A stretch of DNA of 64,000 nt from Macrostomum lignano (lineage: Eukaryota). Under the pieces are notes generated by a model. It made no database searches, had not been told where the DNA came from, and worked only from the letters and a program-made list of their open reading frames with translations. Shown here piece by piece: positions 22,601-33,736 of this stretch (position 1 is the stretch's first letter; the number at the start of each line of letters is the position of its first letter). Made by a program: the position numbers and the translations under genes. Location: contig NIVC01003963.1 in the NCBI GenBank assembly GCA_002269645.1, forward strand, positions 1 to 64,000, written 5' to 3'.

Positions 22601-25600
22601 AGAAAATAACTAGAAACGCTTTAAGATCACCTGGGACAGTCTTTCCTTTTTTTCTGCTTCTTTTTCCAAAGAAAGCAGTCCAATTTCCGTGCCGAAAATG
22701 CACCTGAGATGCGCTTACTAACACATAATAGCGGCTGCGCATGACAGCAGAGGTTTAAAACGAGGTTTTACCGCCTTGCGAAAACAAATATTATTAGGCC
22801 TTATTCTGTTATCTTCATATCCTATGTACATGTCTAGGGGGGGGGTTGCTGAGATGTCAATCAAGTCTTGGGGGAATTGCTGAGATGGCAAGGCTTGGGG
22901 GAATTGCTGAGATGGCAAGACTTGGGGGGAATTGCTGAGATGGCAAGGCTTGGGGAATTGCTGAGATGGCAAGTCTTGGGGGAATTGCTGAGATGACAAG
23001 GCTTGGGGGAATTGCTGAGATGACAAGTCTTGGGGGAATTGCTGAGATGACAAGGCTTGGGGGAATTGCTGAGATGACAAGGCTTGGGGGAATTGCTGAG
23101 ATTGCAAGGCTACAAATGCTTTTGTGTTTGCCATAGAGAATTGCAGATTTTGTTAGGACAATTATTTTCCACTATGCTAGCAAATTTAGAAGTTGGCCCA
23201 TGGACATTCTTTAGCTAAACTAACTTCTAGAATAGACTAGAAATATTAGCAATAGATCTCAAGAATTAAAAGTTTTTTAAAGGAAATGCTATATGCAACC
23301 TGGTATACTTTAAGTGACATTGTCATACATCTAACAAGAGGCAAGATTCTATAACTTAGGAGGTACTCTACCAACTTTCCTAAACAGGCACATAAGCATA
23401 CAGATAGCAATGTAGTCATATATATAGGCACACACTTATATATGATTATACAATAGCCCTACTTAAATTGTTAGGCATGTTATGTACACTTGGCATACAG
23501 CTATAGCTTTGCATATAGAGAACACCAAGATAGCAGGTAGAACCAAAGTTCCAAGTCCCAATCAATGTATATAGATATAGCATACAAAAATGATTAAGTT
23601 TAATTTTGGTAGTGTTCTGCCATAAGGAGGGTCCATGTACCGTAGCCATTGCCATAAGCAAAACTACGGCTTATTCCAATTCTCCATATTCCGTAGCTGT
23701 AGGGACCCCCGAAATTACCATATTCCTGTAGTTCCCATAGCCGTAGCAATAGTTTTAACAAAAAGTCAAAAAAAATATTTTGAATCAAGATAATAACCTA
23801 GTGCTTTTAAACAACTGCAAATTAAATTAGAAAATAAAAGAAACACTTAATTGCCCTTGTAAGATTATATTTCATCTTTTTTCAGAGCAACAATACTTAA
23901 TATTACTGAAAGTACTAACGCTAAACGTTTTTATATTAATAAAAATTAGAGTTTGCTAGTGTTTTATTGTACTTTTTTAGGTATATTTTATAAGTTTCTA
24001 GGTTGATAATATAGTTTACTAAAAGTATTTTTGTTCTACTCTACTTTTTTCTAATATTTTTTTCCAATTCTTAACATTAATAACTATGGCTATGGGAATC
24101 TACGGAATATGACAGCAACTACAATATTTCCATAGTTGTAGCCATAAGAGCAGCTAGCCCATAGTCCGGATCATGGCCTGTACACCAAATTAATTTGGTA
24201 TACAGTCACCCCTTGCTAACCCTATTGGCATACATTGGCGTACAACCAAAAAATTGGGCCCTACCTATTGGCATGAGTGGCGTACACACTGTTGCTATTG
24301 CAACTTGCAATGTAATGTACATAAACATAGGTATTTTTTAGGAATTTGCACAATAATTTAAAAAAATGGAATTTATGTTAGAAATACATTCACTTTAACA
24401 AAATATATTCCCATCTATTGTTCTATTGAATAATTTTAATATTCTAATAATTGAATCATCAAATAGTTTTGAAGTAGGAAATTTGTACTTATAAAAGTGG
24501 CATACAGTTAGGGAAGGCAAAAAAATTTTTGCGTACATTGGTATACAAACTGTGGATCCATCAAGTTTTTGTTTGGCATACACCCTACCATGATCCAGAC
24601 TATGGCAGCTAGCTACTGTAAGTGTATCGTAGCTGCCATAGGCACCTATTTTATTGTATTTGCCATAGGATCCCATAGCCATAGCTACAGCTATAGCGGA
24701 ACACTAAATTTTGGCATAGTCTTCATATACATAGCTAAAATAGCTAAATTAAAATTTTGACTGAAAAGAATTAACTTCATCTTGGCCTTTCCAAAAAAAT
24801 TTAAAACTAAATTTAAAAAATTGTGTCTAACATTTCAAAGAAGTTGAAAGTAAAATGAAATTAATAATAGTTGCAATAAACAATTTTTTTATGGTTTAAA
24901 AAAATTGATAAGTTTGTACTAATAATGTTTTGACATTAAATTTTACAAGAATCTAATATCAGTTGTAATTTATTATTTTTGTTTCAATGTATTTTTGTGT
25001 GCAAAAAGTCTATTGTTATACATTGGCATACATGAGCTAGGCCTAGGCCAGGATGGAATTCTTGCACAAAAGTTGTTACGCATTTATGCGCGCTTGTGCG
25101 CTGAAAAGAAGCCTACTTGCGTGCTCTTAAAGAAGGTGTATGCGCACTCCATTATTGTATGCACTTGCATAAGAAGCTGTTTGCTGAAGAATCACAGACA
25201 GGATTTGACTTTTACATGCATTAAACATGGTTATGTGCCATGTGGTGTATGCGGGCTCAAGTTCTCTTACTTTTCATAGTCTGGAAGATTGTTTTTACGC
25301 CGGAAAATTTCAAAACAAAAGTAAAACAAAGAATAATAGTTTTTAGCAAAAACAGTTTTTTTGAAGTTTAGTAAAACTTTTATAATTTTTAAGAATATTT
25401 TCTCTAAAAAATATAGTGTTCAAGCTACTTTACACTTAAGTACAACTTTTTAATTTACATTGGCATAGAATTGAAAAACTAGAAATTTCATTTTTTCGTT
25501 GCATGGGGCCATGATCTGCATTATGACTTATTTTTACAGTTGGCGTGCGCGCTTGCGCGCTGCTCCAAAAACGTGCGTGCCTGTTTTCCTACCCCCGAGC

Positions 25601-26346
25601 AAGAATTCTATCCTGGGGCCTAGGGAAACAAATTTTATTTGGTATATGCCAATACACAATCTTGACCCTGATTTATATTTAACTAGCTATAGTATAACAT
25701 TAGACTTGTATGCTATTCATTGGTAAAAATGTACTTTATAAAAAAGGATTAAGGAGTTACATAATTAATATATAGCCTTAAACTGAATATCTTAAGTCTT
25801 ATTAAGTTATTTAAAATTTTAATGTGACAAAAATCAAATGACAAATATTAATTCAAAAGTAAAAAAGCTTTTAACTTAAGTTACCTTTAGGTGTTCTACA
25901 GACTTAAAGCTGATAATTGCAAAGCCATCAATGATGTCTTCCTTGAAATCAATAAGGAAAGTTGGGAGCATTGACTTTGGAGTGGAATGATCTTTTGTAT
26001 CTGTAGCTTCAGCTTCACCAACCACAGGGCTATACTTTGATGGACTTTGCTTGGTACTTGAGGTCTTTTTTGTTGTGTCAACGCCATCACCAGCTGAAGT
26101 TAGGGGCTCACAAGTTGATGGTGATTGATCTGAAGCATAGTTTATTGGATTGTTGGGAAGCTTCTGTAAATATTCAAAACATTTCTGAGAAGAATTGTAT
26201 GGTGGAATTTGCTTATTTAAAATATCTTCCGTTGACAAAGGCTTTACATCGCGTAAATCTTTATAGCATTTAGAGCTACCTGACTTGTGACTATCATCAA
26301 CACCATTGCTCGTCTGACCAGAATTTAAAGCATGCTTGCTATCCAT
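19612..26346 (-). CDS. AUTS2: AUTS2/FBRSL1/Tay-bridge family protein, ~864 aa. Exons complement(25885..26346) and complement(19612..21744); further 5' exons possible
   Basis: FKEDIIDGFAIISFKSVEHLK matches the AUTS2 N-terminal EEDIIDGFAMTSF motif and RGRWNALHVRIAHFI matches the KPGKWCAMHVHIAWQI motif (family motifs recalled). Phase-0 donor aag|gtaact at 25885 and phase-0 acceptor ctcacag|gcc at 21744. Remainder is P/Q/A/S/H low complexity. Confidence 0.8.
21896..22190. repeat. Near-perfect 32-bp minisatellite AAGCTTAGAATTCTATAAGCGCAAACTTCATT
   Basis: About 8-9 head-to-tail copies, no spacers. Confidence 0.95.
22845..23105. repeat. 27-bp minisatellite TTGGGGGAATTGCTGAGATGACAAGGC
   Basis: About 9 copies. 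Confidence 0.9.
23630..24720. repeat. Decayed inverted/dispersed repeat element (ccgtagcc/ccatagcc-rich)
   Basis: 24159-24176 and 24588-24605 are 17/18 inverted copies; similar blocks at ~23630-23760, ~24080-24150 and ~24660-24700. Confidence 0.45.
25020..25655. mobile_element. Possible old MITE (imperfect terminal inverted repeats)
   Basis: cctaggccaggatggaattcttgc (25042-25065) versus gcaagaattctatcctggggcctagg (25599-25624); outer ttggcata/tatgccaa. No TSD found. Confidence 0.35.
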
Positions 26347-26869
26347 ACTGCAATTTTTGCAGGAAGGATACAAAGCCTCCACTAACACAAACTAATGTAA
26401 TACTATGCAAAAATATGCATAGTTAAGTACCTACTAACTACCAGGAAGGCGTCAAGCTTTACTATGAAATATTTACTATTAACTACAGAAGTCAAACTAT
26501 TTAAGTGAACAAAGAAATTACAGCAAAACGTTTTCTACGAAAAAAATCTATTTTGCTAAAAGGTAATTTAAAAAAAATGACAAATACTTTAACAAAGTAC
26601 TAAGTAAAATGTCTTGTTTTGGGTACTATACAAAAATTAAGGAATGTCTGTATTAAAAAATTAATTTTTAAAGTATTTCTATCATAGTGCAATTGAATAC
26701 TAGAACTTATAAACTTTAGGTTTCTAACGTCCAAGTCTGGCTCAGAACCTGAATTTTTTGGTATTCATATGCAAGTCTGCCTGGTCGTATACAGACAACT
26801 AACTTACTTGTATACAATATGCACGTACATCTATAGCTCCCTGCAATATTTTTGGTGCCAGAGGGTCTT

Positions 26870-27410
26870 GTTTTTTGTTGTTAAACGGGGAGCCAGACTA
26901 TATGCCTAGCGCGGATATCAGCCCAAAAAAGCTCTCTCGGACCGCTTAAGCAATTCCCAATATTTTTTAGAGCTGGGTAGTGAAAAAGCCTTGAGGCTCA
27001 CAGCGCTATTGGAGGGTTAATCCCAGCAGAGCTCCTGATTAGGAGACTATAGTCCTTGGTAGATAGGCTGCCCAGACTCGCTCCAATCTAAAGCCTTTTC
27101 CGTAGAATTTGGGGTTTCCCCACTCAGCTCGGACCGCTTTCTAAACTACAATATTTTTGCGCGCACTCCCGGGTTTTGTCTGCTGGGGGTGGTGGGTGGA
27201 CTCGGTCCTAGCACCGTCCCTGATTCCACTTTGGGTTGGCGGTGTCATCTGAGTAGTCCATAGGTTAGAGCTAGTAGTCCTGGTCCCAATCGTGGCCTCT
27301 CGGGCTATGCTCCTGCTGGCAATATGGCCCACAGATAAATCCAGCGGCAAAGCCCTACTTGGGCTGATCCGCGGGGGCCCCTGGCTTCCCACCCTCGTTT
27401 AACAACAAAA
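26870..27410 (+). mobile_element. SL-head family copy B (3' portion) with imperfect inverted end
   Basis: ~27030-27410 aligns by eye with ~43420-43817 (shared ccagactcgctccaa, gggtggactcggtc.tagcaccgtccctgattccactt, gggctgatccgcggg, cgttta.caaca). The left end ttgttgttaaacg is an inverted copy of the right end cgtttaacaacaa. Confidence 0.65.
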
Positions 27411-27560
27411 AGCTATAGGGCTCTGCCGTGGGTTACTTTACTTTACTTGATAGGTAGGGGCTCATAAAATTATTTGCCCTGCGCCTCAGCCCTTTGAAGG
27501 GCTCTTGCGCAACTTTTTTATTTTTGTGGTCCGAGTTTGAGATAACAACAAAAAGCTATA

Positions 27561-28205
27561 GGGCTCTGCCGTGGGTTGGGTCCACCAGGGGATATAGCCC
27601 GGGCCACTAACCTAAAAAAAATTGGAGTCCTCCTTTTTGTAGCACAAAGCTAATTTTGGGCTGCGCACAAAGATTCGCAGACTATTGGGGATTTGGCCGG
27701 GGTGGCCTAAAAGCCAAAAGAGTCAAGGTTGGAGCGCCATCAGGGGTGCAAATTTTTGTACATGTAAGTCTCTTACTGCAAAGTCTAAACTGTCATGAAT
27801 GGCCAGAACACCGTTATCTTTTAGTTGGATCAGGTCCGGCTTCCTAAGGTAACCATCGATCATCATGATCAGTCCCGACCGAAAACCGCCCTGCTTCAGG
27901 CTGGGCTGCTGTAGGCAACCGCGAGATCTATGATTGCATCTCTGTTGCAAGCCGTCGGAATCCCGCACCCCAGGTGAGAGCTGCAGTCGCCAGATACTGC
28001 CGAACACTAATTCCAAGATATCATGCAGGGTCCCCAATTCCGGCGGGTTCCATCATCTTGGGCACTTCCGGGACCACACGCATACGAGCTACGCTCGTAT
28101 GTGTGGCCTTCCAGGCAGCCCGGACAGGAGGCCCCAGGCCGCAGCACAACCCTCCGGGCTGAGTACGCCAGAGGCGACAATCTCATCAGAGATCCTCTTT
28201 ACGGC
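27561..28205 (-). mobile_element. SL-head family copy C, tail-to-tail with copy B
   Basis: Minus-strand start gccgtaaagaggatctctga is 18/20 identical to the head at 42722; shares ctctggcg, gggttgtgc, cgggctatat.cccctggt and cggcagagccc with copy A. Confidence 0.6.
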
Positions 28206-28721
28206 AAAACCACAAATGCATATGTCATTTATATATATATATATATAATATATAAATATCAACGACACTCCTAGTGGCACGTGTTTATAAATATATGCAT
28301 GCATATGTACACCATATATGTGTATACGCTCGTAATTTTACTATGTAAATGAGCACTTATACATACATGTAATGCATGAACTTTATAGTTCACGTAGGCT
28401 ACGCTTTTGGTGCATATATATACAGGTAGTAGATTAAAAATACACGCCTGTACTACTGTAAGATTGCAAAGCTGAAGATTCATATGTAATGTTATTGTAT
28501 CGGTACACAATTGTAGCTGTATTAGCGTAACCACGTGTTCATTTACATATCTTTTTTTGTGGCACAAACTGATGAATTACCACAGACAGTGTATCGCCAG
28601 TATCGGTATTATAATTTGAAATGAACGTAAATAAAAATTAAAGCATTTCCACTATTGTTGGAATCATTAACGCAACCTCTCTCTGGCTAACAGATTTTGG
28701 TGTACAAGGGCGAGCTAGAAA

Positions 28722-29471
28722 ATGAGCCCAGAATCTCATTCTCAGACTGCCGCGATTCCACACCAGATCATAACTGCAGTAGCCAATAGGCCAAGTGGCA
28801 GAGTACTGCTACGCTCCTTCTGCAAGAGCATCGGCTGGTGCGCATGCGACATCACAGCCTCAAATTCTCCACGAGCAATTATTCCACCATACAGAGTCGA
28901 CGCCGAGTCAGTAGATGGTATACTACGCAATCGAAAACGGCGAGAAATTTTTACGCCACAACCACCGGTACAATCTCACGGTACCGGTTTACATAGCCAT
29001 AATCTGAGTACTACTTCATACAGCACACATCAAGACAGTGGACTATCTTCTAGTGTAAGTCTAATCTCCAATATTGAGACTAGCAGCCAATATGATGAAG
29101 CATCGCCAGCAAGCGACATCGCGATCGTCGGTACTTTGACGGGTCGGAATCAAAACGGCGAATTTATAAATGTCACAGGAGTATCAGTTAATTCCATAAG
29201 AGCTGACGATCAGGAAAATGATGGACAATCATACAGCAACAGCCACACCATCATTGCTACTGCTAATTTACAAATGCAGTCGTCTCGAGATCCATTGGAG
29301 CGACAAGTGACTCCAAATACAGCTGAACTGGTGCATCATCAAGTAGGTCCCAATGCACAGAGCAATGGAACTTGGCTGCACATTATACTACTATTTACTA
29401 TCGTCATCGTCATTATTTTTGTCTTCTCTCTTTTATGTGAGGGAGACGAGGAGAGGCGAGAGATGAGATGA
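28722..29471 (+). CDS. Hypothetical protein (249-aa ORF), S/T/N-rich with a C-terminal hydrophobic helix; true 3' end uncertain (possible donor at 29437)
   Basis: ORF track; acceptor ctaacag at 28693 upstream; WLHIILLFTIVIVIIFVFSLL; the last codons run into AG-rich MITE sequence. No family recognised. Confidence 0.4.
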   Translation: MSPESHSQTAAIPHQIITAVANRPSGRVLLRSFCKSIGWCACDITASNSPRAIIPPYRVDAESVDGILRNRKRREIFTPQPPVQSHGTGLHSHNLSTTSYSTHQDSGLSSSVSLISNIETSSQYDEASPASDIAIVGTLTGRNQNGEFINVTGVSVNSIRADDQENDGQSYSNSHTIIATANLQMQSSRDPLERQVTPNTAELVHHQVGPNAQSNGTWLHIILLFTIVIVIIFVFSLLCEGDEERREMR

Positions 29472-29659
29472 GAGAAGAGATAAAAGATAAGATAGAAGAG
29501 AGGAGAGAGTGGGGAGGGAGGAGAAAGAGAAAGGAGAGAGATGAGAGACAAGAGAAGAGAAAGGAGATGAAAGAGAAGAGAGCTGAGAAGAGTCACAAGC
29601 CTTGAGCAGGCCGGATTGATATTGTGAAGTTACAAAGACTCGACTGCTGCATAGAGAGG

Positions 29660-31380
29660 CAAGGACCACTAGAAGTTACCGTTGTATCAGGACGCAACAC
29701 TCGTAAATATTGCAAAATTATTTGAAGGCCCGCTTGTTTACGTGTATTTATCGGTACTTGCCTTCAAAAAAGTATTCTACTTGACTGTTTTAAAGAAGCA
29801 TGCACTATATTTGAGCCTCAGAAGCTCCATAAATAGGTGTATTTATACTTTATTTAGGCTTTAATCTGTTAAATCTAGATATTTTAAGTAATTATGTCAT
29901 TATATGCAACTTTGCAACTCGATCGTTTTAAAATTTCTGAAGTTTTTATGCCCACAGCAGACATACTATATAAATTGGCGAAAGCGTGAGAAAAGGATCA
30001 GATGGGCTTCTAACTAGTTTACTATCAACAAAAAGTAATATTTTTAGCTTATAAGCTTAGCCTTTAGCTGTATGACTAAGTTATAGCCCTATCATACTAA
30101 AACTTTAACTGCTACTAGCCTAGGCCTAACATGATAAAATTCTATTCTGTTACTGTTTTGAAATAGGCCTAGTTCACAATTAAATCTATATAGTTGATTA
30201 CTTACAGTGGTTACAGGACAACATTCTAATACTTATATAGTTTAGATTGGTATAGCATAATGTAATATAGTGGATAGAATCCTTGTTAGTTTTTTGCAAG
30301 AAAGTTTTATATAGAAGTTTATAAATTCCATATTATACAATTTCAATTAGTAATTAATTAATAAAAGTAATTAATTAATTAAATAATTAATTGAGTAATT
30401 AATTAGTAATTAATCAATCAGTAGTCCTTAAATGGCCATTAATTTTTGTTATATTATTAATTATACTGGATTAATTATATTATTTTACTAAGCTGAAGTT
30501 TTATGTTTAAAACTGAAGTCTAGGGTAAAAGAATAATGTTTTCACTATATATTAACATGACAAATAGAAAAAAAACATTTTAGCCTAGGCTAAACTTGAA
30601 GACAAATATAGCTATACATAGTAAGTATTATAGACAATATGTTTTTTGTTTATTTAGCAATATGGCTTGTAGTTTTTATAGCTTTTGTTGTTAATACAAT
30701 AATATTTTGAAGCCTAAGATATTTATTTCCTTACTTATTAAGACAGTTTTGTATAGTAGGATATATACTATTGTTAGACTTATCTTAAAGGTATTGCCCT
30801 AACTATAGGCCTAGCTTTGGCGGGAGGGAGGGAGGAGGAGAGAGGAGGGAAAGAGAAAAATAGGGGAAAGAGAAGCAAGGGGAGAGGGAAGAGATGAGAA
30901 GGAGAAAGAAGAGAGATGAGATAAGAGAGAAAGGAAAAAGTAGAGAAGAGAGTACAGATTAGAGAGCAGAGTAGAGAGAAAAGAGAAGAGAAAAAAGGAG
31001 AAAGGAGAGATGGAGAAATTAAAGGGAAGAGAAAAGAGGAGAAAGGAGAGATGGAGAAAGTAAAGGGAAGAGAAAAGAGATAAGATTGTAGAAATGAGAG
31101 AGATGAAAGAAGAGATGAGATAAAGGAGAGTGGAGAGAAAAGAGAGGGAGAGTAGAGAAGAAGGTAGAGAAGAGAAGAGAAAGGAAAGAGAGGAGTCAAA
31201 AGAGGGGAAAGAAAAGAGTACAGAGGAGAGATAGATATGAGAGAAGAAATGAGACAGGAAAGAGTAGATAGGAGAGAGAATCGAGAAGAGAGGAGAGAGG
31301 ATCGAGAAGAGGGAGGAGTAGAAAGATGATAGGAGAGATGAGAAATGAGAACAGAGACAGGAGAGGGGAGAAGAGGAAAT

Positions 31381-31463
<83 letters not shown>

Positions 31464-32405
31464 CTACCTAACCTAATCTAGTTTTTTATCAGTGCAATAG
31501 AGAGAGAATTAACTAGAAACAAATATTTTGTCGTTCATTGCAAAGCAGATATTTATTGATCTCACATTGGTTTCATTCCAGGTGTGCCAATTCATCCAAT
31601 CTAGATGTTCATCCATCAATGTCTGATGAGCTACCATGGTGAAGTACGGTACTTATGATTCATTATGCTTTGTGATTTCAAGAGATTTTTTGGACAGAAT
31701 GACTCGATTGATATGGAAGTTCAAGTTTAAAATACATACATAGGCTTACTGTTAGTTTTTTGCTTAGTTTTCTTATTTCGCATGCATTTTTATGAAATTA
31801 GAAGTTTTTATATCGAAAGTGAACTTTAATACAAATAAAGTTGGTGATACTGTACAAGTTTTATTTGACTCCTACTGTTCATTTGAACAGCAAAAGAAAG
31901 ATTATGAATGTTGGAGTCCTTGTTGGGCTGGTGTGCCAAGAATTCAAAAATACTACGCCTTTCTTGATTTTGATAATACTGGTTTTTGATAGTGAAGTGT
32001 ATAACGCCTTTGCAGCCTGCTCAACTCTGTACAGATTATCTGCTTTATAAAGCTTCAAAACTGCAGGATATAAAGCATGGTCTGCTACTTTATCGAGACT
32101 AGGAGGCTATGGTTGAAAAAACAAACTTTATATTCATTTTGACTGCAATGAAATATTGCGTATTGCCGTTACTTTACTGTACGCCCGCCGCTCCTACATG
32201 TAGATATAGCGCCAAACTTTGCATCATGTGAAAGAGAACAAAATTTTGAGCAACCTGGCGAAAAAATTATCATTCTAGGTGCAACCAGTCCGGAGTTATG
32301 AGCATTTAAAGTTTAGCTGCAATGCAAACAAGCGGGCCTTCAAATAATTTTGCAATATTTACAAGTGTTGCGTCCTGATACAACGGTAACTTCTAGTGGT
32401 CCTTG
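29660..32405. mobile_element. Non-autonomous DNA transposon (P or hAT superfamily), 2746 bp
   Basis: 80-bp TIRs 29660-29739 and 32326-32405 (79/80 identical, starting CAAGG); 8-bp TSD TAGAGAGG at 29652-29659 and 32406-32413; no intact transposase seen. Confidence 0.85.
30820..31461. repeat. Purine-rich low-complexity tract ending in (GA)n (31383-31461)
   Basis: Direct reading. Confidence 0.9.
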
Positions 32406-33736
32406 TAGAGAGGCTTTGCAGGCCGTATGTTGCCGACCTCTATAAATTTAAGCTGATTTTTATATTGTGTTTTACGCAAGCTACGACTATAATGCTATAG
32501 GGACTGGGATTGCACAAGCAAGGTCACAAGCAGGCTGTTAATTATTATAAAGGACTGAACGCCGAGTCAGCTCACAGCCAGACAGTTTGAAATCCGTCAC
32601 TGACGACGACTCGAGCGAACGACGACGTCCTCAGTGAGACAGGCCTCAACGGTTGAAGCGGATCAGCTGCCTGACTGCGCTGAAGAGCGGTGGTGCAGCC
32701 GTGCTACTGGCTCACAATGGCAACTGCGGCTTGACAAGCTGGTGGCAGCGGCTGAAAGCCGGGAGACTGCTGTTCATTCGCCGGATTTCCTGGCCGGGCA
32801 GTGGTGCTGCTCGAGGTTGGCAGCAACCATATCAGCCGTTGCCATGTGATTTTTTACTTTGTTTTTTTGTTTTTTCACCCTAGCTGCAGTTAGTAACATC
32901 TTTCGGTATTTAAAACTCTTCATATTTTAGCTTTAGGTTGGACTTTTAAGGTAAAATTTGTCAAATTAGCTAGCACTGAGCTAGCACTCTTAAGCTAGCA
33001 CTTATTTGTCAAACAAGACGCGACGACTATACCTTTGCTATTTGCTTGCTTGCATATTTTTCATTAAATCCGTGCTTCAAGGATATGATTTATTTAACTC
33101 TTCTCCATGCTTGAAGAAAAGCTGCATGGAAGCATACCTTGGCGAGTGGACAGGAATTAAACAGGGGCCTGCTAGCCTGGGTCATACCCAAAATCAGCAA
33201 GTGCTCAAGACTTTCAAGGCCTTGAAAGTGAGTAGGAAATTAAGAGAACAAATAGTTACACGGGAGCAGGGGAGACAAAGTTATCTTTCATAGGCTACAC
33301 GGGCGCTCACTTGAGCTAGCGGTCTACAGAAAGCAAATAGGGAGGCAGGACGAGGAGGCAGAGTGCCGGCGCAAGACGAGGAAACGTCGGGCCACCTGTA
33401 GTGACCTCCCACGGTCGTGTGCCGGTGCAGAGTCTCACGCAGCTGGGCGACCTCTGCAGCTACCAATACCGCCACTACGTACCCGGCTATGTAGGGTGCG
33501 TGAGCAACAGAAACGTAAATTGAGCTGCAGAAATGGATTAAAAGAATTGATCTGTGATTATTTCATGAGAAGGTTACACAGAGAAGTAGTGAGTAAGTTG
33601 CAGAACGGACTTTTAGACAGAAATTCGGGTGCTTAAAATGTGAGAAGCATTGTAAATTTATATTTAGACTAGGCCTAAAAAGTGAACATTTAACCATTTT
33701 AAAGTGTAGCGTCTTATAGTTCTCATGCGGATCGAC

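Larger units (their letters stand above)
29440..32442. mobile_element. Charlie/hAT-like MITE family copy (left end missing), interrupted by the 29660-32405 element
   Basis: ggccggattgatattgtgaagtt (~29608-29630) matches 57650-57673; terminal gttgccgacctct at 32429-32441 resembles gttggccgacccctg. Confidence 0.55.

Noticed and set aside
27825-27860. Short resemblance to 7SL (ggttaccttagga on the minus strand)
   Set aside because: Too short, and no Alu or S-domain context.
28150-28200. CTGATGA on the minus strand of copy C as a hammerhead ribozyme core
   Set aside because: No GAAA after a stem II, and the motif is absent in copy A.
32575-32883. GC-rich coding-looking segment downstream of the nested transposons
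   Set aside because: No recognisable domain, and I could not link it in frame to a neighbouring gene with confidence.
33430-33500. YIAGYV motif on the minus strand suggestive of a P-element/THAP9 transposase C-terminus
   Set aside because: Isolated hexapeptide without the following CxxC in frame or other transposase sequence.
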